Shown here piece after piece: positions 8,198 through 15,123 of a stretch of 34,097 nt of DNA; the stretch's first letter is position 1, and every line of letters starts with the position of its first letter. Made by a program: the position numbers and the translations under genes. The stretch comes from a virus (taxonomy: Duplodnaviria > Caudoviricetes): IMG/VR virus record IMGVR_UViG_3300010052_000166, positions 1 through 34,097 of that record; one strand, 5' to 3'. Under the pieces are notes generated by a model. That model did not search any database, was not told where the DNA came from, and worked only from the letters and a program-made list of their open reading frames with translations.

Positions 8198-8454
8198 GTT
8201 TCGAAGACACGATCACCATTCCCAAGCCCAAAAAAGAGGAGCGGCGCGGCGTCATCACGGTGAAAGCAGCACAAGCCTCGCTCGATCGCGGTCTGAAGGC
8301 GATCAGCCAGAACTACGGTTTCGACCTGGCTGTCGACGATCCTCGCTTCTCCATTGTTGGAAGCCGGCGTGAAGGCGACAAGGCCATCGTTACGTACGGG
8401 ATGAAAGGGCGCAAGCTCGATGCTGCGGCTCTCGCTTACGAGCTCAACAACTAA
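8194..8454 (+). CDS. Hypothetical protein
   Basis: 86 aa; ATGA overlap with terL. Confidence 0.7.
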   Translation: MSFEDTITIPKPKKEERRGVITVKAAQASLDRGLKAISQNYGFDLAVDDPRFSIVGSRREGDKAIVTYGMKGRKLDAAALAYELNN

Positions 8455-8545
8455 ACAAGGCGCCAAGGGTTCTCCCTCTCGGCGCCTCGGAACCCCGGCC
8501 CAACACCGGGGCTCTAAGGGGTGACATGGCGTGCACCCTCGCTAA
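8455..8545 (-). ncRNA. Candidate antisense small RNA (or 27-codon micro-ORF 8444-8527)
   Basis: Three consecutive hairpins (8458-8487, 8490-8514, 8519-8538); the middle stem extends by a G-U pair only on the minus strand. Confidence 0.35.
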
Positions 8546-8546
8546 C

Positions 8547-8572
8547 AAACCAGCGGCTCGGCATTTGGTTCC
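8547..8572 (-). promoter_or_regulatory. Putative EcfG/RpoE2-type (general stress) promoter, antisense
   Basis: Minus strand GGAAC-CAAATGCCGAGCCGCTGG-TTT = GGAAC-N18-TT. Confidence 0.5.
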
Positions 8573-8683
8573 CCTGCGAGCATCAGGAAGCCGGGGGCCC
8601 TATACATCCAAGGTACCGCCCGAGCTTCCGAGGTCGGTGCGTTTCCGACGGCCCTACAACATCATCATGAGGCACATGTTCCC

Positions 8684-8932
8684 ATGAACACGAACACCTC
8701 CGGCGCGCTGCTCGTCGCTATCCTTGCAGTCGCCGGCTTTGCGTGGGGCAGTCCATTCGCGGTCTGGGCATGCGTCGTCACGTGCGCCTCTGCCTTTCTT
8801 GCCGAAGAGGTCCGGGCCGTGCCGGAAGCATTGGACGGGTTCGCCAGCTTCGACACTGACGCGGTCGCCGGTGTGCTGGCTCTGATCTCCTGGCTCGGCG
8901 TTGCCGTGGCCGCTGTCGCTCTCATGCTCTGA
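8684..8932 (+). CDS. Small membrane protein
   Basis: 82 aa; 2-3 hydrophobic segments; GAGG SD. Confidence 0.65.
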   Translation: MNTNTSGALLVAILAVAGFAWGSPFAVWACVVTCASAFLAEEVRAVPEALDGFASFDTDAVAGVLALISWLGVAVAAVALML

Positions 8933-8943
8933 AAGGACAAACC

Positions 8944-9129
8944 ATGGGCGGACTATTCAAGAAGCCGAAGATCGATGCACCGAAGGTGACGCGGATGCCT
9001 GACGAACAGGATCCAGCCATCCTCGCCGAACGTCGCAAAAAGGAAGCCGAAATGCGCGCTCGCGGTGGTCGGGACTCGACGATCATGTCGGATGCACTCG
9101 TCGGCGCCACGGGCAAGCTCGGGGCCTAG
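8944..9129 (+). CDS. Small pre-portal virion protein (position of T7 gp7.3-like proteins)
   Basis: MGGLFKKPK...RGGRDSTIMS...KLG pattern typical of genes immediately before podoviral portals; AAGGA SD. Confidence 0.7.
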   Translation: MGGLFKKPKIDAPKVTRMPDEQDPAILAERRKKEAEMRARGGRDSTIMSDALVGATGKLGA

Positions 9130-9130
9130 C

Positions 9131-9207
9131 AGAGACCCGCCGCACAGTGGGCGGGGGCCACCCTGCGCGACGGGCCTACCGCCGTCACATGTCCATGCCC
9201 CAGCGGT
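9131..9207 (-). ncRNA. Candidate antisense small RNA
   Basis: Hairpins GTGACGG/CCGTCGC (9167-9188, G-U pair on minus strand) and CCCGCC/GGCGGG (9136-9155) followed by TCTCT; only a 3-codon ORF (MDM*). Confidence 0.35.
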
Positions 9208-9213
9208 GAATAG

Positions 9214-9240
9214 AAATTGCGGCGCGAGCATTTTGGTTCC
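9214..9240 (-). promoter_or_regulatory. Putative EcfG/RpoE2-type promoter, antisense (second copy)
   Basis: Minus strand GGAAC-CAAAATGCTCGCGCCGCAA-TTT = GGAAC-N19-TT; spacer resembles the 8547-8572 copy. Confidence 0.45.
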
Positions 9241-9263
9241 GGCCTGCCGACGGGGAGTGATTG

Positions 9264-10901
9264 ATGCCGATTTCGCCTGCCGTCCGCACCGTCATCGAGA
9301 ACGGCAATCAGCTCTTCGCGGAGAAACTGAGCCTGCTGACGCATTGGCAGGATATCGCCGACCACTTCTACTATGAGCGGGCAGACTTCACGGCTTCGCT
9401 GTCGATTGGCGCGGACTTCGCATCGCATTCCATGGCCTCGGAAGGCGCTCTATGCCGTCGCGAGATGGGCGACCTTTACCGCGCCATGCTGCGGCCGTCC
9501 GACTTCTTCGAAGTGAAGGCACTTGACGCCAAGCTCAACAAGGATAGCGAGGCTCGCGCCTGGCTTAAATATGCGACCGACCTGCAGCGTGCCGTCATGT
9601 ACCGCAAGGAAGGTGGCTTCACGCGGGCAACACAGGCCGGTGACCACGATCACGTCGCATTCGGTCAATGCGTCCTGGAAGTGGCTCCGACGCGGGATCG
9701 CCGCTCGATCTTCTACCGCAACTGGCATCTTCGCGATTGCGCCTGGTCGGAGACCTATGGCGGTGGTGTTGGTGAGGTTCATCGCAACTGCACCACGTCG
9801 CTGCGCAACATGATGTCGCTGTTCGGCGACAAGCTGCCCCAGGCGCTGACCAAGGATGCGGAAAAGACGCCTTTCAAGCCGATCAATGCCCGGCACGTGG
9901 TCGTTCCTGCCGGCTCCTACGATCTGGGCTACTCAACGCGGCCGGGCCAGAACTTCGCATCGCTGTGGGTTCTGCCGGACCACGATACGGTGCTCGAGAA
10001 CATCCCGCGCGCCTTCCGTGGCTACGTCATTCCTCGCGCTGCCACGGTCTCGGGCACGCCATATGCGCGGTCGCCCTTCACATCGATCATCCTGCCCGAT
10101 GCACGCTTTCAGCAGGCCATCACGCGCATCCTGCTCGAAGCCGGTGAGAAGGCGATTGATCCGCCCATGCTTGCCCAGACTGAGGTCATCCGTGGCGACA
10201 TCGGGCTCTATGCCGGCGGCATCACATGGGTCGATCAGCAGTATGACGAAAAGACGGGTGAAGCGCTGCGCCCCGTGTCCTCCGACTATTCCGGGCTGCC
10301 GTTCGGACAGGAACTGAACGACCGGACTGCCAGCATCATTCGTGTTGGCTTCATGCTCGACAAGGTGCGGCTGCCGGAAATCGGCGACAAGACGGCCTAT
10401 GAGGTCCGCAAGATTATCGAGCAGCAGATGCGGGCCAACATCCCGATGTTTGAACCGGTCGAGGTCGAGTACAACGAACCGCTCTGCGCCGAGACTTTCG
10501 CGGTCATGCGCTCGCTCGGTGCCTTCCCCGGCAACGAGATTCCGGAAGTCCTGCAGCACTCGGAAATCGAGTATTCGTTCCGCAGTCCCTTGAAGGAACT
10601 CGAAGACGACGGCATGCGTCAGAAGATGCTCGAAGGTTTCGAGGTCATCAGCGCTGCTGCCCAGCTCGATCCTGGTGTCGCCAAGCTGCCGAACCCGATG
10701 GCGATAGCGCGCGACATGCTGCGCCGCTCGGGCTGGCCGGAAGACTGGATCAACGACGAGAAGAACGTCGAGGCTGCCATTGCACAGGCGCAAGCCGATG
10801 CTGAGGCGCAAGAAACAGGCGCGGCTGCATTTGGCGCTGCTGAGGCAGCTGGCAAGGCTGCTCCGATGGTCAAGGCGCTCATGGATCGGAAAGCGGCCTG
10901 A
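9264..10901 (+). CDS. Portal (head-tail connector), T7 gp8 / BPP-1-like
   Basis: ~545 aa; WQDIADHFY, FGQCVL, EKAIDPPML, KTAYEV and FRSPL motifs; position between terL and scaffold. Confidence 0.9.
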   Translation: MPISPAVRTVIENGNQLFAEKLSLLTHWQDIADHFYYERADFTASLSIGADFASHSMASEGALCRREMGDLYRAMLRPSDFFEVKALDAKLNKDSEARAWLKYATDLQRAVMYRKEGGFTRATQAGDHDHVAFGQCVLEVAPTRDRRSIFYRNWHLRDCAWSETYGGGVGEVHRNCTTSLRNMMSLFGDKLPQALTKDAEKTPFKPINARHVVVPAGSYDLGYSTRPGQNFASLWVLPDHDTVLENIPRAFRGYVIPRAATVSGTPYARSPFTSIILPDARFQQAITRILLEAGEKAIDPPMLAQTEVIRGDIGLYAGGITWVDQQYDEKTGEALRPVSSDYSGLPFGQELNDRTASIIRVGFMLDKVRLPEIGDKTAYEVRKIIEQQMRANIPMFEPVEVEYNEPLCAETFAVMRSLGAFPGNEIPEVLQHSEIEYSFRSPLKELEDDGMRQKMLEGFEVISAAAQLDPGVAKLPNPMAIARDMLRRSGWPEDWINDEKNVEAAIAQAQADAEAQETGAAAFGAAEAAGKAAPMVKALMDRKAA

Positions 10902-11209
10902 TGGCGCTCCGTGATCCTCTGGCGGACGGCAGGGCTCTCATGGGCTCGCTTGCCGCAACCTATGACGAAGCCGATGTCGCTGCCGTGAAGGCGGTGTCGG
11001 CCGGCAATGCCTCTCCGGAACAACAGAGGCGCGCTCTTGACTGGATCGTCCACAAAGCGGCGCGGACCTATGACGAGCCGTTCATGCCGGGCTACGACGA
11101 TCTGACGACGCATCTCATGGGCCGGCGCAATGTCGGGCTCCAGATCGTGAAGCTGGTCAACGTGCCGATCAAGCAACTCGTGAAACCCCAAGCGAAGAAG
11201 GCCACTTGA
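10901..11209 (+). CDS. Bbp19-like protein
   Basis: QRRALDWI...TYD.PF...GRRNVGLQI between portal and scaffold, as in BPP-1-like phages. Confidence 0.7.
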   Translation: MALRDPLADGRALMGSLAATYDEADVAAVKAVSAGNASPEQQRRALDWIVHKAARTYDEPFMPGYDDLTTHLMGRRNVGLQIVKLVNVPIKQLVKPQAKKAT

Positions 11210-12138
11210 TGTCGACTGAAGGAACGATTGCCGGCGGCGACGTTGTCGATCCCCCGAATCCTGCTCCGGACCCCAATCCGACCCCGGCGCCTGATCCGAA
11301 CCCGAACCCCGATCCTGCTCCGAAAGTTGATGATCAGCCGAAAGGGCCGTGGGGCGACGACTGGCGTGAGAAGCTGGCAGGCGACGATGCCAAGAAGCTC
11401 GAACGCCTGAAGCGCTTCGCATCGCCCGAGGCGCTCCTGATCGCCCAGGAAGAGGGTGCTCGGAAGATTTCGGAAGGCCTGAAGCCAAAGGCCAAGCCGG
11501 GCGAGAAGGCGACCGATGCGGAATGGGCGGCCTATCGCAAGGAAAACGGCATCCCGGACACGGTCGACGACTTCGTGAAGGCTATCCCGATGCCGGATGG
11601 CCGGCAGATCGGTGACGATGACAAGCCGGTGCTCGCCTACTTCTCGGAAAAGGCTCTCGCCAAGGGTGTCGACCCGACCTCGATGGGCGTCATGGTCGAT
11701 GCGTACTACGCGATGCAGGAAGAGCAGGTCGCGAATGTCGAAAAGGCCGATGCCGAATTCAAACGCGCAAGCACCAAGGCGCTGAAGGAAGAGTACGGCG
11801 GCGACTTCGACGGCAACGTCGCGGCGATGCGGCCATATTTCGAGAGCGTCAGTCCGGAGCTGTTCGGCAACCTGATGGGCGGTCGTATGGCCGACGGCTC
11901 AAAGATCGGCGACCATCCCGACGTAATGCGGTTCTTCGTGGCCAAGGCGGTTGCCGAGAACCCGCTGGCGACTGTGCTACCGACCGGCGGAACCGGTGCG
12001 GCCAACCTCGACAATGAGATCAAGACGCTCGAAACGCGCATGGGCGCCGATCGTGACGCCTGGTTCAAGGATGAGAAGGCGCAAGCGCGCCTCCAGCAGC
12101 TCTACGACGCTCGCGACCGTATCGCAGCGACGAAGTAG
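11209..12138 (+). CDS. Capsid scaffolding/assembly protein
   Basis: Pro/Asp-rich N-terminus (DPNP repeats), DWREKLAG, LKEEYGGDFD, GDHPDVMRFF; acidic and helical; directly upstream of capsid. Confidence 0.82.
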   Translation: MSTEGTIAGGDVVDPPNPAPDPNPTPAPDPNPNPDPAPKVDDQPKGPWGDDWREKLAGDDAKKLERLKRFASPEALLIAQEEGARKISEGLKPKAKPGEKATDAEWAAYRKENGIPDTVDDFVKAIPMPDGRQIGDDDKPVLAYFSEKALAKGVDPTSMGVMVDAYYAMQEEQVANVEKADAEFKRASTKALKEEYGGDFDGNVAAMRPYFESVSPELFGNLMGGRMADGSKIGDHPDVMRFFVAKAVAENPLATVLPTGGTGAANLDNEIKTLETRMGADRDAWFKDEKAQARLQQLYDARDRIAATK

Positions 12139-12149
12139 GCAGGCTTGCC

Positions 12150-12245
12150 TTAGCTCGGATCATCACCGGACAGGATAACCCTGGCGGTGGTATCGGAAAG
12201 GCGGTCACGCTTGTCCAGCGTTGGCTTCTGGTACTGCTTCTTCAT
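12150..12245 (-). CDS. Unannotated 31-aa RiPP-precursor-like peptide (lasso-type leader)
   Basis: Hand translation MKKQYQKPTLDKRDRLSDTTARVILSGDDPS*; YxxPxL leader motif and TA at the expected cleavage site; AGGGG SD; lies wholly in the intergenic space. Confidence 0.75.
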   Translation of the reverse strand: MKKQYQKPTLDKRDRLSDTTARVILSGDDPS

Positions 12246-12271
12246 GATCAACCCCTGCGCGTTTGCGCCCG

Positions 12272-12299
12272 AATGTAGCGGCACGAGCTAAGTCGTCAA
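12272..12299 (-). promoter_or_regulatory. Putative sigma70 promoter for the peptide gene
   Basis: TTGACG (12299-12294)-N16-TACATT (12277-12272), giving a ~20-nt 5' UTR. Confidence 0.6.
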
Positions 12300-12342
12300 T
12301 CCCGGCCTGTTGAAACTGCAGGCCCACCTCATCTCGCCGACC

Positions 12343-12482
12343 GACGGCCAACCCGCGTAGCGGCTCCGTCCTAAGGTGATTTTCACCCAGCCCGTAACAG
12401 CGCCGAAAGGCAGACCAGCGGCTCCGGAGCAATCCGGCCAACCCGTGCGGCTGCGCTGACGGAAAACCTGCCAACGGCTCCC
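12343..12482 (+). promoter_or_regulatory. Structured RNA leader upstream of the major capsid gene
   Basis: GACGG-CCAAC-CCGC-GTA-GCGG-CT-CCGTC; GCGG-CT-CCGGA-GCAA-TCCGG-CCAAC-CCGT; GAAA and GCAA tetraloops; CAGCGC/GCGCTG closing stem. Confidence 0.6.
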
Positions 12483-12510
12483 GATCCCCTCAATAGAAGG
12501 AATCTGGACC

Positions 12511-13350
12511 ATGGCCGAAACGGCATTCCAGAAACAGTACCGGCAGGAATACATCGCCGGCTTCGAGTTCAAGCAGTCCATGCTCCGGGCTGCGGTCACC
12601 ACTGAGCACGTTCGTCAAGGCAACGAGGCAGTTTTTCTCGTCGCTGACAGCGGCGGTGCTGAGGCAGTGACCCGTGGCGTCAACGGCCGCATCCCGGCTC
12701 GCGGGGACAACAACAACCAGTACACGGCCACGCTCGTCGAATGGCACGACCTGGTGAACAAGACCTCCTTCAACATCTTCGCGTCGCAGGGCAACCAGCG
12801 AAAGCTGATGCAGGACACCTCGCTGAAGGTGATGAACCGCAAGATCGACGACGACATCATCGCCGAACTTGCAAATGCGACCGTCGACACGTCCACCGCA
12901 ACGACCGGCTCCCTGGCGCTCGTCACCAAGGCGATGGGCATCCTCGGCCTCGCCGATGTCGACACGGAAGAAGAGGAAAACATGTTCGGCCTCATCACGC
13001 CGGCCATGGAAGCCTACCTTCTGCGCGACGCGACCTTTACCTCGGCTGATTATGTCGACGTGAAGCCTCTGGTTGGCCCGGCGAAGAAGATGCGCCGCTG
13101 GGCGGGTGTGAACTGGATCAAGCACAATCGTCTGCCCGGCAAGGGCACGAATGCCGAGAAGTGCTTCCTCTTCCACCGCGCATCCATCGGTCATGCGTTC
13201 GACAACGAAACCCTGAAGGCCGTCGTCGGGTACGACGAAGAGCAGGATTACTCGTACGCGCGCGTCACCAACTTCATGGGCTCGAAGCTGCTGCAGAACA
13301 GCGGCGTCGTCGTCATGAACCATGATGGCTCTGCCATCGTCGGCGCCTAA
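12511..13350 (+). CDS. Major capsid protein (BPP-1-like podoviral)
   Basis: 279 aa after the scaffold; strong codon bias and AAGGA SD; SMLRAAV, MNRKIDDDII, TSADY and WAGVNWI patterns. Confidence 0.88.
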   Translation: MAETAFQKQYRQEYIAGFEFKQSMLRAAVTTEHVRQGNEAVFLVADSGGAEAVTRGVNGRIPARGDNNNQYTATLVEWHDLVNKTSFNIFASQGNQRKLMQDTSLKVMNRKIDDDIIAELANATVDTSTATTGSLALVTKAMGILGLADVDTEEEENMFGLITPAMEAYLLRDATFTSADYVDVKPLVGPAKKMRRWAGVNWIKHNRLPGKGTNAEKCFLFHRASIGHAFDNETLKAVVGYDEEQDYSYARVTNFMGSKLLQNSGVVVMNHDGSAIVGA

Positions 13351-13364
13351 GGAGGGCTGAAACT

Positions 13365-13625
13365 ATGGCTTACGCAACCACCAACCCTCCGGTCTGCCTC
13401 GTACCGTCCGTTGGCGGGCACTCCGCCATCTGGCTGTACAAGTCGACCGACGTTCATACCGATGTCGATGCCTCCGAATATTTCACGGACGGCAAGAAGC
13501 TCGGCATGAAGGTCAACGACCTGGTCATCGTCATCAAGACGACGGCGACCATCGGCGCGACCATCCATGTGGTGACCACGGTCGCCACCGCTGGCGTGAC
13601 CATCGCTGCGGCCATCCTGGCCTGA
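13365..13625 (+). CDS. Small virion protein, possibly capsid decoration
   Basis: AAGGAGG SD; beta-rich; YFTDGKKLGMKVNDLV; between capsid gene and terminator. Confidence 0.7.
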   Translation: MAYATTNPPVCLVPSVGGHSAIWLYKSTDVHTDVDASEYFTDGKKLGMKVNDLVIVIKTTATIGATIHVVTTVATAGVTIAAAILA

Positions 13626-13631
13626 GCGACC

Positions 13632-13663
13632 GGCGGGGGCTTCGGCTCCCGCCTTTCCCTTTT
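13632..13663 (+). terminator. Rho-independent terminator after head genes
   Basis: GGCGGGGGC-TTCG-GCTCCCGCC followed by TTTCCCTTTT. Confidence 0.8.
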
Positions 13664-13679
13664 CAGAGAGGTTTGAGAC

Positions 13680-14057
13680 ATGCCAGCACTGCCATCCGTG
13701 GCGGGCGATCCCGCCGCATCCGTCGCGATGCCCGTTGTCCCTGTCGATGCCTATGGCGTCATGCTGGGAGGCGGCGAATACGAAACCGTCGCAGCCAGCC
13801 AGACGACACAGGCGCTCGGCGCGACCGGCGCTCTCGGCGACTATCTCGACCGGCTCATCATCGTGGTGGCAACGGCGGCGACTGCGGCCGTTTCCATCAA
13901 GGACGGCTCCGACACCGCAATCAGCATCTTCCCCAATTCGCCCGGCGGCGGCATCGGCACATACGTCCTGCCGATCGGCATGCGGTCTCGCACCGGCGCC
14001 TGGCAGGTCACAACTGGCGCTGGCGCTTCCGTCATCGCGGTCGGCAACTTCACGTAA
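13680..14057 (+). CDS. Hypothetical beta-rich virion protein
   Basis: 125 aa; GAGAGG SD; Gly/Ala/Thr-rich. Confidence 0.7.
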   Translation: MPALPSVAGDPAASVAMPVVPVDAYGVMLGGGEYETVAASQTTQALGATGALGDYLDRLIIVVATAATAAVSIKDGSDTAISIFPNSPGGGIGTYVLPIGMRSRTGAWQVTTGAGASVIAVGNFT

Positions 14058-14070
14058 TCAGGAGATCATC

Positions 14071-14499
14071 ATGCCTCTCGGCGTCAACAGCCTGAAGCTC
14101 GCGGAAACCGTCCGCAGCGTCTATCAGATCACGGCCACGGCAGAGACCAAGCCGGAAGACCTGGTCAAACCGGAATACTGGACGCACGTCGCCCGCAAGC
14201 TGCGCATGGGCGACCGCATCGAAGTGATGGCGGCCGATGCGACCTGGTACGCGGAACTCCGCGTCATGGAAGTCGGCAGGAAGGAATCCTTCGGCGCGCG
14301 CCTGGCGTTCACGTTGCCGCCTGTGCAGCTCTCCAACGAGCATCTGCTTCCGGCGCTCAACGACTATGAGGCGCGTCCGTTCGGCTCGTCGTGGCAGGTC
14401 TACAAGAGCGGCAGTGCCGATCCGGTGAAAACCGACCTGCCGAACCAGTCGTCGGCGATCAAGTGGATTGAGTCGCAGCGCAAGGCACTGGCTGCCTGA
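14071..14499 (+). CDS. Hypothetical protein
   Basis: ATG 14071 after AGGAG; PEYWTHVARKLRMGDRIEV motif. Confidence 0.75.
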   Translation: MPLGVNSLKLAETVRSVYQITATAETKPEDLVKPEYWTHVARKLRMGDRIEVMAADATWYAELRVMEVGRKESFGARLAFTLPPVQLSNEHLLPALNDYEARPFGSSWQVYKSGSADPVKTDLPNQSSAIKWIESQRKALAA

Positions 14500-14502
14500 T
14501 CG

Positions 14503-15123
14503 ATGACCGACCAGCTCTCGCTCTACAACGGCGCGCTGCTGAAGCTTGCTCAGCCGCGCCTTGTCACGCTTACCGACGAAGGTACGGCCCGGCGTGCTCT
14601 CGACTTCTGTTACGCGAAGGTCGTGAAGGGCTGTCTCGAAGCCGGCCTGTGGAACTTCGCCATGCGCTTTGCCGAAGCGACGGCAAGTCCGTCGGTGAGT
14701 ACCAGCTTCGGCTACGCTCATGTCTTCGACAAGCCCGACGACTGGCTGCGCACCGCCGGCGTCTGGGAAGACGGCACTCAGAAGATACCGCTGCTTGACT
14801 ATGCCGATCGGGCGTCCGTCTGGCTTGCCAATCGCGAGAAGATCTACGTCGGCTGGGTGTCAAACGATGAGGACTACGGGCTCGATCTCGGTCTGTGGCC
14901 TGAAACCTTCGTAGACTACGTCGAGACGGTGCTGGCGAAAACGATCTGCCTCGAAGTCACCGGCTCGGAGAGCAAGAAGGAAGGGCTCGAAAAAGACGAA
15001 AAGGTCGCTCTGTCGAAGGCCTCGAACCGCGACGCCATGAATGAGCCTGTGACCCGCTTTGCGCCTTCTGGCCGGCTGGTCCAGGGCCGTCGTGCCACCA
15101 GCCACACGGAGCACGGCCGCTAA
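14503..15123 (+). CDS. Tail tubular protein A / head-tail adaptor (T7 gp11-like)
   Basis: LYNGALLKL, WNFA, KPDDWLR and WPETF motifs; ~200 aa, directly before the nozzle gene. Confidence 0.85.
   Translation: MTDQLSLYNGALLKLAQPRLVTLTDEGTARRALDFCYAKVVKGCLEAGLWNFAMRFAEATASPSVSTSFGYAHVFDKPDDWLRTAGVWEDGTQKIPLLDYADRASVWLANREKIYVGWVSNDEDYGLDLGLWPETFVDYVETVLAKTICLEVTGSESKKEGLEKDEKVALSKASNRDAMNEPVTRFAPSGRLVQGRRATSHTEHGR

Noticed and set aside
9176-9183. RfaH ops-like GGCGGTAG
   Set aside because: On the strand opposite the late operon, lacks the downstream TG, and a single GC-rich 8-mer is expected by chance in 34 kb.
12150-12245. Complete lasso peptide biosynthetic cluster
   Set aside because: No cyclase, protease or RRE in the window, and the core is too short to thread; only the precursor-like gene is supported.
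12225-12546. Complementarity between 12225-12241 and the capsid 5' coding region 12530-12546 (14/17 plus one G-U)
   Set aside because: Explained by both ORFs encoding KQY-like residues on opposite strands; too short and imperfect to claim pairing, though not excluded.
13300-13365. T7 10A/10B-type frameshift or read-through at the capsid end
   Set aside because: No slippery sequence; the TAA stop is followed by a strong SD for a separate gene.
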